A DNA stretch of 64,000 bases from Pelagomonas calceolata (Eukaryota): NCBI GenBank assembly GCA_918797485.1, contig CAKKNE010000006.1:1426001-1490000 (forward strand). Reading direction: 5' to 3'. The notes beneath the pieces are model-generated. The model ran no database searches and was not told the DNA's origin. It saw only the letters and a list, made by a program, of their open reading frames with translations. A program made the position numbers and the translations under genes. Below, in pieces: positions 52,720 through 63,838 of the stretch. Positions within the stretch are counted from its first letter, which is position 1, and every line of letters begins with the position of its first letter.

Positions 52720-54024
52720 CTATTCGAAGACCACGGGCGCCGCGTTCTCGTCGTCGTCCACGAGCAAATCACCAATAGACGCGAGCTCCGACGCGGAGAG
52801 CTGCCGCGGCGGCGGCAACTCCGGAGGAGGCGGTGGCGTCCGTGCGGCGAACAACGCCGTCGCTGACGCTACTAATCGATCCAGGTCGTCGGCCCAGCCC
52901 AAACTAGCCGCGAGCGATCGAATGCCGTCGTCACACGCACCCAATAAAGCCACATCTCTATAATTCGCCGCGTTCCCATAATCTAAAGACCCGGATCCGA
53001 GATGTCGTGCGACCGCGATGGGAATGCGCGGGTCCCTTCTTCCCACGGCATCGCGGTTCACGAGACACCTGACACAATTTTCAGGAACATGGCCAACTAA
53101 TTGCGCGAAGGGCTGCACGCTCAGCGACGTCCCGATGACCAGCAGCAGCTTACACCTAGGTAGGTCCTGCGTCGCGAGCTCGAAGAACCGCCGCGGCAGC
53201 CCTTCGCCGAAGAACACGATGTCGGGTTTGACGAGGCCGCCTTCTCTATCTCGGAGCGCCTGCCAGCCTTGGGGTCCGGCGTCGATGGCCGCTTTGAGCT
53301 CTGCTGGGTCTACCGACGCACCGGTATCGATACACGTCGCGCTGTCGAAGTTGCCGTGGGCTGCTACGGTTAACTCCGCCGGGACCCCTGCTGCAGATTC
53401 GAGCGAGTCGATGTTCTGCGTGAAGCATCGCAGGAGTCTACCTTTGTCGTGCAGTAGCTTTATAAATAAATGTGTTGTGGTTGGACAGTACGTCCCGGGC
53501 CACAGCTCTCTGGCCAGCGCGTAGAAGGCCTCGGGCCGTTCCCGGAAGTAGGCGAGCTCGAAGATGGCCTGGGGGTGCGGCAGGTCGTACTTCTGGAGGT
53601 TGTCATACAGGCCCGTTCCTGGACTTCTGAAGTCCGGAATGCCCGCCGCCGTCGACATGCCGGCGCCGCCCATGACGACGATGTCCCGTTCGTTGCCGTC
53701 ATTGATGTAGGCCGCTAACCCATCAGCGTCGAAGGACGAGAGGATGGGCGGTGGCGTGGGAGGATCGACGAGGTGATCAGGCAATTCCCCAGCCTGCCTC
53801 AATGCATCTAACTGCCGCGCGAGGAGTTCGAGTTTCGACGGGCCGTCATCTGACGAATCGGAGTCTTCGCGCTCCGGCGGCGGGTCTCTTGGTGTTAAAG
53901 GCGCCGCCGTCGCGAGCGAGGGCGCGGGCTGCGCGTCGGCCGTGTAGGCCGCGGCGCCCGGCGACTGGGCGTTGGCCTCGTCGCTGATGCTCCTTTGTCG
54001 TTTCAGGCCGCCGGCGGGATCCAT
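52720..54024 (-). CDS. SIRT2: NAD-dependent protein deacetylase, class I sirtuin
   Basis: GAGMSTAAGIPDFRSPGTGLY, FTQNIDSLE, AHG, KPDIVFFGE, GTSLSVQPFA. Confidence 0.93.
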   Translation of the reverse strand: MDPAGGLKRQRSISDEANAQSPGAAAYTADAQPAPSLATAAPLTPRDPPPEREDSDSSDDGPSKLELLARQLDALRQAGELPDHLVDPPTPPPILSSFDADGLAAYINDGNERDIVVMGGAGMSTAAGIPDFRSPGTGLYDNLQKYDLPHPQAIFELAYFRERPEAFYALARELWPGTYCPTTTHLFIKLLHDKGRLLRCFTQNIDSLESAAGVPAELTVAAHGNFDSATCIDTGASVDPAELKAAIDAGPQGWQALRDREGGLVKPDIVFFGEGLPRRFFELATQDLPRCKLLLVIGTSLSVQPFAQLVGHVPENCVRCLVNRDAVGRRDPRIPIAVARHLGSGSLDYGNAANYRDVALLGACDDGIRSLAASLGWADDLDRLVASATALFAARTPPPPPELPPPRQLSASELASIGDLLVDDDENAAPVVFE

Positions 54025-54499
54025 GGTTGTCGGCGCGCCGCGGTTTGTGCTATACAGTTTGTGGTGGGTTTGAAAGCACTGTGGCGCTCGTGAGGGCGCA
54101 GGGATGCGCGGCGCTGCGTCGTAAGCTTCGCTAGCTTACAGACGTGTGCTGCAATGAGTTGGCGGGTGCTCGCGCGGCTCAGGAGCGCACCGGTAATGTC
54201 AGCAGTGTCCCAGCCAAACCCACTGAAATCGGGGCGCGGCTGGGACGACGCTCTGGCTAGATACGTAGTGCGCCGACGGGCTAGCTATGGGACCACGCGC
54301 GCTGCCGTAGAAACGTACCGGATCGACGTGGAAAAACCCGAGATTTCATCTCATCTCAGCGCGCGCTACAGTGCCAAATCGCTCCCAGCGCTGCCCAAGG
54401 TGCTGCCGCGTGGTGCCCGTGTGCTGCCGAGCGTTGCCCGTCCGGGCGCCCGCGCTCCGCCGACGCATCAGCCTCCAGAGTCAAGTGGCAAGAGAGAGC

Positions 54500-57400
54500 A
54501 TGAGCCGCCTCCTGAAGGAGATCGCCCCGCACAACGCGCCGGGGCCGCGCGCCCTGACCACGACGCCGTGCCTCGTCTGCGGTGATGATGGAGAGGGGAT
54601 GGACTGCTGCCCCGCGGCGCTCTGCACGCCGTGTCTGCAGCGAGCGGCCAAGGCGCAGGGGTCGCTGTTTCGCTGCCCGTTATGTCGAGATGATGGCGCG
54701 TTCGTGATCGCGGCGAAGAGGAGAGGAGTGGTCGCGAACGCGAAGGCGACGCCGCGCTACGCGAGCGGCGACGATCTAACGATACGAAGGCGCTGCAACG
54801 CGCCGCGATGCAAGGCGCCGGGCGGCCGGTTCGTCGACGCGGCCGAGAACCCGCTGACGCGCCACGGTAACACAGAGAAGTGGGCCCTCGCGACGTGCGC
54901 GCACTGCGGCCAGACGTCGCGGCACCGCGGGTGTGTGAAGAGATTTGAGGGCTTTCGCTGCGACGACTGCGACGTGCAAGTGCTGGAACGGACCCCGGAC
55001 GACTTCCGGAAGGGCGATCGCGTCGAGGCGCGCTTCTCGGGCGGGCCGCGCTGGTACGGGGCCGAGGTCGTCGCCGTCGTTGAGGAAGGGATCCGCGTCA
55101 AGTACGACGACGACGGGTCCCTGGAGACGATCCGCGTCGCCGCGCGCATCCGGCACCGCGCCGCGGAGGAGGAACGGCCGCCTTCGCGGCCCGCGGCGCG
55201 GTCGCGCCGGGGCGAGGAGGAAGGCGGCGGCTCGGTCCCGCCGGGTCAGTCTCGGAACCCAACCGGGGGCTTCCGGTGCGAGGTCCGCCAGGTCGGCGGC
55301 ACGAGATGGCGCCGCTTCGAGTCTTGTCGGGACGCCGGCCGGGCGTTCAACATTCACGGCAACTACTTCTCACGACTCGTCAACGACGACGCCGCGTGCC
55401 CGGCGTGGGTGCGAGAACAGTTCGAGGCGCGGCGGCTGGGAGACGACGCGGACGAAGAATCGTCGGCGGACGACGACGAGGCCGCGCTCCGGGCGCTGCG
55501 CGAGCGCGTCGAGCGCGACGGTGGCGACGAAATGACGGCCGCGCGGCTCGATGCGTTGCTGGCCGGCTGGAAAGGGTCACGCGAGCGAAAAGTTACACAC
55601 GGCCGCCCGAACGGTTTTGCCTACAGCTTCGTCGCCCCCGACGGAACCGAGATCACGTCGATCGGCCGCGCGGCCGCGGCCGTCCTCGAGGCCGTGCCGG
55701 CGGCCGACGTCGAGGCCGCCGCGGCGGAAGCGCCCGCGCCCGCACCGGTGGCCAGGGAGGAAGACAATGACGACGCGCCGGCGGCGGACGAACCGCCGGT
55801 GTTTGACCACGGCGCTGCGCTCCGGGCGCTGCGCGAACGCGTCGAGCGCGATGGCGGCGACGCGATGACGGCAGCGCGCCTCGACGCCCTGCTCGTCGGC
55901 TGGACGGGGTCGCGGCAGCGCAGACGGCGAACCGGCTACACTTACAGCTTCGTCTCCGCGGGACGAGCCTGGTCTTACAGCTACACCGCCCCCGGCGGCG
56001 CCAAGTTCCGGTCGATTGCCAGCGCGGCCGCGGCCGTCCTCGGCGTCGCGGCGCCGACTGACGAGGGCGCCGCGGACGAGGCGCCAGCGCCGACGGCCGC
56101 CGCACCGCCGTTGAAGGTGTCCCTGGTCTCGGAGGTCGCCGCCCGCGAGGAGCTCCGCGACCATCTGCGAGGTCTGCCGGGCGTCGAGGCGTCCCAACTG
56201 GACAACCTGCTCGCCGGGTGGCAGGCGACGCGGCGCCGACGAGCAGACGGAACCACGTACAGCTTTATCTCGCCCGGCGGCGAAGAATTCACGTCCGTCT
56301 CCCGCGCCGCCTGGGCGGCGTGCCGCCTCGCGCCTGTGGAGAGACGACTCCGCGCGGAAGCCGAGCGGCTACGGGTCGAGAACGACGCGCTGCGGAACGA
56401 CCCGGCGGCGGCCGCGCGGCGCGAGGCCAAGCTCCGGGCCGAGGTCGGGAGGCTCCGCGTGGAGAACGAGAGGCTCGCGCGGGCGGCGCAGCAGCCACCG
56501 GTCGTCGTCAACCACAGCCGCCGCGACGCCGGTCTCGGCGCGTGGATGGCCGAGACGTTCGACCACGCCGTCGGCACGGAGCCGGTCGTCGTCAACCAGG
56601 TCCGTCCAGCGCGCCGCGTGACGGCGGGCGCGCCCGTCGTGCCGCCGGCACCGGCCGTGCCGGCGTGGCCGGCTCCGATCGAAGCGCCGATCCCGCCGCT
56701 CGGCCCCCGTGCCGCGAGCCTCGCTGCTGACAACGCGTTCCGCGCCGCGTCGGCGTTGGCGCTACGCAATTTGAGAGATTCCCTCCACGCCGTCGAGGCG
56801 CTGGCGACGAGCGACTTCCAGGGCCCCATGAAGCGGCCGGTCGCGCGCCTGGCCCTGAAGGCGCACCAGCTCGCGACGCACGTCGCCGCCTCGGAGACGC
56901 AGCTCGCCGAGCGCATCACGTGGGCGCCGCCTTCTTTCTGGACGCCCGACGAGGACTGGCGCCTGGAGCGGCTGTACAGCGATGAGTGCGCCGCGGTCGA
57001 CGCCGCCGGCCTACAGGGTAGGTCGGTGCGCGCCGATTTCTGGGCCCGCGCCGCCGCCGCCCTCGGTACCAGTCGCACGGCCGGGGCCGTTGAGTCGCGT
57101 TGGAAGGCATTGCGCGCTGGCACCGGCGCGAGGACGCGGCCTTGGACATCCAACGAGGACGAGCGACTCCGAACCATGGTCGGCGACTTGGGCGCGAGGA
57201 GCGACTGGCCCGCCATCGCCGTGCAGCTCGGCAACGGCCGGACGGCGGGGGGCGTCGAGGCGCGCTGGCAGATCTTGCGCGCCGACGAGCCGATGAGAAC
57301 GAAGCCGCGCTGGACGGCCGACGAGGACGAGCGGCTCTCGGAGCTTGTACGCGCGGCTCCGGAGCGCGCGTCGGGAAGTGCGCGACCAGGCATGTGGGAC

Positions 57401-58267
57401 CGCATCGCCTTGTCGTTTCCCGATCGTACTGCGTCGGCGGTCGAGCACCACTGGAAGGATCGTAACAAAAAAGCGCAGCGACACGCCATGGCGGCGCCCG
57501 CGCCGCCATCAAAAACATTAGAGAAATCACAGAAGATTAGATGTCTGCAGGACAATCCGAAACAAAAAGGCACTGCATGTCGCGACCGCTACGAAAAGTA
57601 TAAATCTGCTACCACTGTCAAGGAATTCTATGAGAAGGAAGGCACTCCTGCTGATCTGGACCATGACATTGGAAAGGGATTTATCGAAGTTATCCAACCG
57701 ACGCCCGCGCCGTCGATCGCGGGCGATCCTGACCGGAAGAAGCGGCCGCGGGAGGGACCTGCCGCCCCCCGCTGGTCCTCGGACGAGGAGGCGCGCCTGC
57801 GCCAGGTTGTTGAGGACGAACGCAGGGCGATCGCGGGTGGGGCGCCGAAAGCCGGCGTGTGGGATCGAGTCGCTATAGCTCTCGGGACGGGTCGGACAGG
57901 CGGCGCCGTGTCACAACACTGGAGCGCGATGAATCGAGGCACCGCCACCGGTGCGCCGGGCGCGGCTCGTTGGACGCCCGACGAGGAGCAGAAGCTGAGG
58001 CGGCTCGTCGAGGCGGAGCGCGCCGCAAATCGCGGCAAGTGTCGCGGGTCGTTCTGGGATGGCGCGGCGGCGGCGCTCGGCACGAAGCGGACGGCGGCGG
58101 CAGTCCAGCATCACTGGCAGGACATGAATAGCGCGTCGCGCCCGAGCAAGAAGGCGCGGACCGACGAGCCGCCGCCCCCCGAAGAGGTGGACGACCCGAT
58201 ACTTGACCCGTTCGGCCTCCGCGCGGGCCTCGCGGCCCTCTTCTCCCCATGGGGATGGGGTTCGTAA
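54500..58267 (+). CDS. Large chromatin-associated protein: RING/PHD-like fingers, Tudor, three MBD-like repeats, five Myb/SANT repeats
   Basis: CxxC clusters; FRKGDRVEAR...WYGAEV...VKYDDDG; three GW....Y.F..P.G..F.S repeats; five W(T/S).xE...L...W..(I/A)A....RT...V...W repeats. Confidence 0.8.
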   Translation: MSRLLKEIAPHNAPGPRALTTTPCLVCGDDGEGMDCCPAALCTPCLQRAAKAQGSLFRCPLCRDDGAFVIAAKRRGVVANAKATPRYASGDDLTIRRRCNAPRCKAPGGRFVDAAENPLTRHGNTEKWALATCAHCGQTSRHRGCVKRFEGFRCDDCDVQVLERTPDDFRKGDRVEARFSGGPRWYGAEVVAVVEEGIRVKYDDDGSLETIRVAARIRHRAAEEERPPSRPAARSRRGEEEGGGSVPPGQSRNPTGGFRCEVRQVGGTRWRRFESCRDAGRAFNIHGNYFSRLVNDDAACPAWVREQFEARRLGDDADEESSADDDEAALRALRERVERDGGDEMTAARLDALLAGWKGSRERKVTHGRPNGFAYSFVAPDGTEITSIGRAAAAVLEAVPAADVEAAAAEAPAPAPVAREEDNDDAPAADEPPVFDHGAALRALRERVERDGGDAMTAARLDALLVGWTGSRQRRRRTGYTYSFVSAGRAWSYSYTAPGGAKFRSIASAAAAVLGVAAPTDEGAADEAPAPTAAAPPLKVSLVSEVAAREELRDHLRGLPGVEASQLDNLLAGWQATRRRRADGTTYSFISPGGEEFTSVSRAAWAACRLAPVERRLRAEAERLRVENDALRNDPAAAARREAKLRAEVGRLRVENERLARAAQQPPVVVNHSRRDAGLGAWMAETFDHAVGTEPVVVNQVRPARRVTAGAPVVPPAPAVPAWPAPIEAPIPPLGPRAASLAADNAFRAASALALRNLRDSLHAVEALATSDFQGPMKRPVARLALKAHQLATHVAASETQLAERITWAPPSFWTPDEDWRLERLYSDECAAVDAAGLQGRSVRADFWARAAAALGTSRTAGAVESRWKALRAGTGARTRPWTSNEDERLRTMVGDLGARSDWPAIAVQLGNGRTAGGVEARWQILRADEPMRTKPRWTADEDERLSELVRAAPERASGSARPGMWDRIALSFPDRTASAVEHHWKDRNKKAQRHAMAAPAPPSKTLEKSQKIRCLQDNPKQKGTACRDRYEKYKSATTVKEFYEKEGTPADLDHDIGKGFIEVIQPTPAPSIAGDPDRKKRPREGPAAPRWSSDEEARLRQVVEDERRAIAGGAPKAGVWDRVAIALGTGRTGGAVSQHWSAMNRGTATGAPGAARWTPDEEQKLRRLVEAERAANRGKCRGSFWDGAAAALGTKRTAAAVQHHWQDMNSASRPSKKARTDEPPPPEEVDDPILDPFGLRAGLAALFSPWGWGS

Positions 58268-58286
58268 GCACATAACTAACAAGTCA

Positions 58287-58931
58287 CTACTTAGCCGCCG
58301 AAAGCTCCTCGACGCGCGCCGCGAGCCGTGCGACCTCCTCCCTCAATTCGGCCACCTCGGCCCGCAGGGCAACGACCGAGGGGTCCTCCTTCGGCTTGAA
58401 CGCCGCCTTCAATTTGTCGAGGCGCGACTCGGAGGGCGCCGCGTCCTCGCGCGCCATGGCGCCGGACTCGTCGAAGGAGGGCTCGGGCGACGACCCCATG
58501 AGCTTCGAGATTTTCGCCGACGCGTCGCCCGCGGCTTTCCGCGTGGCCTCCGCGGCGTCATTCATGTTCTTGCGCGCGTTCGAAGCGAGCTCGGCCGCCT
58601 TCGGCTCTGTCTTCTTCATCATCTGTTGTAGAGATGCTTGAGCGGCCGAGGCCCGTCTCGAGACGTCGCTAAAGGTCCAGCCCTTGGAGGCGTTTTCCTT
58701 GGGCGGCTGGTTGGCGTCGCCTCCACTAAGAAAGAGGACCTTCTTCAGGTTGCCCTTGCCGTCGGACATCGTGCCCTCGCCCGTCACGGACGGCACGGTG
58801 GTGTCGTCGGGCGTCGTCGGGGGAATGACGACCTCGTCGGGCGAGGAGATGGAGAACTGGCTTTGTGCTGGCGGCGGGAGTTCTTCCACGGCGGCGGGCG
58901 GGCCGCCGGCGTCTTCCGTTGCTCCCATCAT
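58287..58931 (-). CDS. Hypothetical coiled-coil protein
   Basis: 214-aa ORF with a C-terminal heptad repeat. Confidence 0.55.
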   Translation of the reverse strand: MMGATEDAGGPPAAVEELPPPAQSQFSISSPDEVVIPPTTPDDTTVPSVTGEGTMSDGKGNLKKVLFLSGGDANQPPKENASKGWTFSDVSRRASAAQASLQQMMKKTEPKAAELASNARKNMNDAAEATRKAAGDASAKISKLMGSSPEPSFDESGAMAREDAAPSESRLDKLKAAFKPKEDPSVVALRAEVAELREEVARLAARVEELSAAK

Positions 58932-59176
58932 GGCTGGTGTGTAGAGATTGGGTCGATAGCGCTGCGGCGCGCGGCCGAGAGCTTTTCGTGCGCTGGCGGA
59001 GTGATGAATAACCGTAACGCACCAGCCGTTTTAACACCTGGTACGCAAGGCGCGAGCGCTGGAAACTTCCAACTTTATTTTTTTGCTTCTAGTGAAACAG
59101 GCATACTAGGAGCTGTTTTGGGCAGCCGAATCGAGCCACCACGCCACCAGCGATGGCCGGGCAGCCCTAGAGCGCC

Positions 59177-60007
59177 ATGCGCCACCTCTACCTGCTCGCC
59201 GCGGCCGCCGCGGGGCAGCCGCAGCGTATTTGGATCGATGCCGATTGTGATGGATTTCACGACGCGGCTGCAATCAGCCAGCTATCAAAATATAACATCA
59301 TCGGTGCCTCGGCGGTCTTCGGAAGCGCCACAGTTGTCGAAGCGCAACGGAAATGCTCCGACGTGCTGCGCAAGGCCAATATTGACGTCGAGGTGACCGC
59401 CGGCGCTTCACACTACGAAGACACGCAAGCAGCAAATAAAGCGGTCGGTGCCATGACGCACGAGCTCGCGAAAGCCATCAAAGATAACGAAAAGATGACC
59501 GTCGTGGCGCTAGGCACGCTCACGAACGTCGCGGCACTCGCCGTGAGAAGGCCGGACCTGGCCGAATCGCTTCATGTTGTCATCACGTGCGCTACCAATG
59601 ACCCATCAGACGTTTGTGTAACAAAGGACTGGCAGGCTTTAGCCGCTTTGCTGCGGAGCCCCGCCGACATGACGATGGCCCCGCCCGCGCCGCCGGCAGC
59701 ATGGGACGACGTGAGTGTGCTACCATCGTGGCTATCAACTCTAATAACGGGCCCGACGCGCGACCCGACCATTGATGGCGCTCTTCAAGGCGCGCGCTGC
59801 GAGGCCGAGAGCGCGTGGCTCATGCCGATCAACGAGGACTTCCACGACCCTCGGTTTGTGTTAGAGACGGGCGAATTACCGGAGTGGCCGACGAAGGCCA
59901 CGGCCCTGCGGCCCGACTCCATCGGGTTGAGCGGGAGTCTCGAGCGGTGCTGGGGCGCGCACGACGCGCGGCGGCGGCTCGTGGATGACTCGCGTAGCGA
60001 GCTGTGA
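59177..60007 (+). CDS. Inosine-uridine nucleoside hydrolase-like protein, predicted secreted
   Basis: IWIDADC...D, S.VFG, V.AGA, VVALGTLTNVA, D..A...LL.S. Confidence 0.7.
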   Translation: MRHLYLLAAAAAGQPQRIWIDADCDGFHDAAAISQLSKYNIIGASAVFGSATVVEAQRKCSDVLRKANIDVEVTAGASHYEDTQAANKAVGAMTHELAKAIKDNEKMTVVALGTLTNVAALAVRRPDLAESLHVVITCATNDPSDVCVTKDWQALAALLRSPADMTMAPPAPPAAWDDVSVLPSWLSTLITGPTRDPTIDGALQGARCEAESAWLMPINEDFHDPRFVLETGELPEWPTKATALRPDSIGLSGSLERCWGAHDARRRLVDDSRSEL

Positions 60008-60110
60008 AGTAAGATGTGTGTCCTACCTTACCGCGGCGGCGGCGTCGTGGTGGCGGCCGTCGCGCATCCCGGCGTCGTCGACGAGTCATCCATGGCTTTT
60101 TTCTAGACTT

Positions 60111-61804
60111 TTAGGACCCCCCTGGCTCCGTCTGCGTCGCGCCGTCCTCCGTGTCCCTATCATCACTCGGCGCCGGCGGCGGCTCCGTGTCCATGGCGTC
60201 GCCGCGCCGCCGCTGCGGCGGCTCGGTGCGCTGCCAGGCCCTATCGTCCAAGAACGGATGTCTCAGAGCATCGGCGGGCTCGACGCGCGCCGACGGCGAG
60301 TACTCGAGCATGCGCCGCACGAACTCGACGAAGAGGCGGTAGTTTTCTGGAGCGTGCCCGGCCTCGCCGCGCCGTCTTCCTCCGGGACCGCCCGTGTCGG
60401 CGCCGACGACGTCAGACAAGCCCCGCGGCTCGCCCATGGGCTTGTTTCGCTCCCCGGGCTTGGCCTTCAGCGTCCACCGATGAGGCGGTTTCTGGGACGT
60501 GCTTCGACTCCGCGTCGCGACGCCCTGTTGACTGGCAGCAGGATTGGCCACGAAGTACTGGTCCCGCGTCGATCTATCGGCGGCCTCGACCATGCTCTCG
60601 GGCGGCATGCCCAGGACTTCCACGAGTCGTCGCATTTGATCTAATTGATCCGAACCGGAGAATAGAGGTTCACCGGTATGCATCTCTATCAGTATACAAC
60701 CGAGCGACCACACGTCAATAGCGACCGTATAGGGCAACCCCAACATCACCTCCGGCGACCGGTAGAACCGCGACTGGATGTAAGAATACATCCGCCGGTC
60801 CGATCGACAGGACGAGCCAAAGTCAATCACTTTGATCGCGCTCCGTTTGGGATGCCTCAACAGAATGTTCTCGGGCTTGAGGTCGCAGTGGATCACGGCC
60901 ACGTCCTGCGCGGCACGGACGCCGTCACGAGACGCGTCGACTCTCGGACGATCACGAAGACGGCGTCGAGGCGGCGCGGCATCGCGACGACGCCGTCGAC
61001 GCAACGTGAAGTTCAGAAATGTTCGGAAACAGACGCCGAGTCCGCACCGGCCGCGCGAGGAACGCCAACGCATGTAAAATCTGCTTCGCGAATTTCCGAA
61101 CCAAATTCAACGAAACGCCGTGGAATTGCGTGTTCTTCAGCAGCTCGTACAGATTATAGGAAAGCATCTCGAAGACCAAACACTCGTGGCCGCGATACAC
61201 GAAGTGGTCCAGGAGCCGTACGATGTTCTGTTTGTCGTCTCTGTCCGCACTTCGTAATGCTCGTAACAGTTCGATCTCCGTCTGGGCCTGCAGCGCGAAG
61301 GGCTTCTTGGACTTGATGATCTTGATCGCGACGTCCGTGCCCGTGCGCTCGTCTCGTGCCCGAACAACTTGGCCGAAGCTACCCTTGCCTATTCGCTCTT
61401 TGATGGTATAGTGCTCGCCGAAGGCGTCCTCCATCTCGAGCTTGTAGTCGTGGTGCTCGTCGTCCCACTGGGACTGGGGGGCTTCCGCCGCGCGCTGCTG
61501 GACCTTCCTTTTTGCTTTTTTCTCGTAGTAGACCTGTGCGGTTGACGTTGAAGCGTTTTCTGCGGGTGGGGTTTTGACGGGCGGCGCCTCTCGCGGCGCG
61601 CCTCATGCTCGTACGTCGCGCCTCCGCCGTCATAACGGCGCCACGGGGCGCTCTCGCGGCCCTCTCGCCCGGCTCGGCCCCAGCGCGCGCGTTTGACGTC
61701 TCTAGGACGCCGCTCCAAACCTTGTTGATGAGCTTGTACGTGTCGATGAGCTGGACGCTCATCTTGTAGAGCGGCCGCTCCGTGTGGGGCCGGTGCTGCG
61801 CCAT
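60111..61804 (-). CDS. DYRK1: DYRK1/minibrain dual-specificity kinase (introns 61534-61720, 60906-61047)
   Basis: PL.KMSV.LIDTYK.IN, GKGSFGQV, HCDLKPEN, IDFGSSC, YSYIQSRFYRSPE. Confidence 0.95.
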
Positions 61805-62368
61805 TCTGTTTCAGGCGTCGGGCCGGCGGGTCACGGGGGCCGCGGCTTTCGGTAAAAATCCGCGCGGCGGCGGCGGAGTAACGCTGTGCTGCGGCGCAGC
61901 GGTCCCGCGCGGCCTCGGTTAGTGTAACAACGCACCGCGGCGCCTAGCAACGGTAACGCTCTGAAACAGGTTCGCCTCGGCAGAGTGTAACCGCTGGCCC
62001 TTCTCGCTTAACAGGGCGCCCACTGAGGTAACAGCGCAAGCCTGGAGAGGTCTCTCGCTCACCGTATACTCCGAAAGGGTGTCATACTGGCGGTCAGGTC
62101 GGCTTTAGTCACAGCTCTGGCTTAGTGGCAGTTTTTTTATTTAGCTAAAAAGACCAGGCCGCCCAGGCCGTTCCGCCGCCGCGAGGCGTCCGTGGGCGCT
62201 GGAGCATGTCTCCGGGAGGCCGCTGACTCAGACCGCCGGCGTGCGGGGCATTTTTTTGGCTCGACAGAGGCATGCGAATTTTGCTATCACCGGCTCGCGC
62301 GCAGCCGCCGAGGCAGCCCGCCAAGCGCAAATCATGATACGATCATAAGAAAAACAAGTACGGAAGCG

Positions 62369-63838
62369 ATGCGGCTCTACGCTGGCCTGTGGCTGGCGGC
62401 AGCGTGTGCCTACGACCAACACAACGAGGTCGACGCGCGCATCCGCAAGGCCCTCAAAAAATCGCTGGAGCCCTATCCGAAAGGAGAATCGAAGGATGAC
62501 GCCATCCACTACGTGAGAGATGTGCTCTCGTTTCCGGAGAGCGCGGTGCTCGTGTACGATCATCACGTCATTGTCGATAGACGCTTCCTGCGCCCGGAGA
62601 AGAGCCGGAAACATGTTAATTTTCTCGCGTCGATCGTAGCGAAGCAGAAATCCATCAAGAACGCTGCTTACGCGTTTTCTGGCAACTCTACTGGGCTCTG
62701 CGGGCGGGATATGGGCGCCAAACGGGCACCTTACCCTTGCGTGATCATCGCAAAAGCTTATGGTACGAAACAACCGGGGGTCTTGGTGCCGAACCCCTAC
62801 CACCATGATTTGGATTATTGGAGCGCTCTCCGAGATCACATCAAAGCTCGAGCGTCGTCGAGGCCGTGGAAAACAAGATTACCTCTAGTCTTTTGGCGGG
62901 GCAATGTCTTGGATCGGTGGCACGCGCCCGACGACCCCAGGTATGCTGGTGACAGTTGTGAAAATGAATTTGGCAATCATGCGAGGTTGGCGGCGATGGC
63001 GGAGTCGGTCTTACACCCAGACTTAGTAGACGTCAAGTGCTTCTCGAAGCACAAATGTCGGGCGCGCGACCCCGACGAAAGGCCGTGCCCCGACGAGCAG
63101 TATTTATATAGCGATACGATGCGCCGGGTGCAGCGGAACTCGAGCCTGATTACGGACCACGGCCACGTGGCGAAGGAGAACTACACGCGCTACAAGTACG
63201 TGCTGAATCTGCCGGGAAGTACGTCGGGAAGCTACTCGCGGAACCTGAACCACCTCTGGTTCCTGGGGAGCGTGGTCCTGTTCTGGAAGGCGCGGTTCAC
63301 GGAGTGGTATTTTCCCGCGCTGACCGAGGGCGCGACCCATTTAACTGTGGATTCTTCGACGCTCGCCCTCGCCGTGCGCATGCTGGAGGAGAATCCGAAA
63401 GATGCCAAAGTACTAAGGGAGAAAGCTTCAGATGTCGACCACCGGATCATGTGCCCGTCCTGTTTAGCTGCTTATGTGTCCGAAGTCATCGACGAGGTTC
63501 GCGCTCATTTCGCTCTGGGAAAGTTGTTGGATGACCCCTGTGCAACACATGCTTTCTTTGATGCCTTGAACTGTCAAAGGCGAGACTTGGTCATCATCCG
63601 GGCCACAGCTCGGCCGGCGGGCTCCTTCGACGTCAGCGAGTTCATGCAGCGGCGTTTGACCACGAACACGACCTTCGCGAAGACGACGTGCCACGAGATC
63701 GCGTCACGTGCGCACGCAGAGTGTCGCGCGCGGGACCGATCTATATTAGGATGGCTCCGCGCGAAGCTCGGGGGCTGGCACACTGCTCAAGTGTCGTCGC
63801 TGGACGAGCCGCCGGGGACGCGGAGGCTCCGGGGGTAA
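62369..63838 (+). CDS. Glycosyltransferase family 90 (CAP10 domain) protein, secretory pathway
   Basis: Signal peptide; PW..R...VFWRG, YKYVLNLPG...SYS, EWYFPAL..G..H. Confidence 0.8.
   Translation: MRLYAGLWLAAACAYDQHNEVDARIRKALKKSLEPYPKGESKDDAIHYVRDVLSFPESAVLVYDHHVIVDRRFLRPEKSRKHVNFLASIVAKQKSIKNAAYAFSGNSTGLCGRDMGAKRAPYPCVIIAKAYGTKQPGVLVPNPYHHDLDYWSALRDHIKARASSRPWKTRLPLVFWRGNVLDRWHAPDDPRYAGDSCENEFGNHARLAAMAESVLHPDLVDVKCFSKHKCRARDPDERPCPDEQYLYSDTMRRVQRNSSLITDHGHVAKENYTRYKYVLNLPGSTSGSYSRNLNHLWFLGSVVLFWKARFTEWYFPALTEGATHLTVDSSTLALAVRMLEENPKDAKVLREKASDVDHRIMCPSCLAAYVSEVIDEVRAHFALGKLLDDPCATHAFFDALNCQRRDLVIIRATARPAGSFDVSEFMQRRLTTNTTFAKTTCHEIASRAHAECRARDRSILGWLRAKLGGWHTAQVSSLDEPPGTRRLRG

Noticed and set aside
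55981..57573. Long antisense ORFs (also 5413-6597, 4055-5068, 39193-40257)
   Set aside because: Shadow ORFs caused by high GC on the strand opposite recognisable genes.
59000..59085. Box C/D snoRNA (GTGATGA box C)
   Set aside because: No matching CTGA box D or terminal stem.
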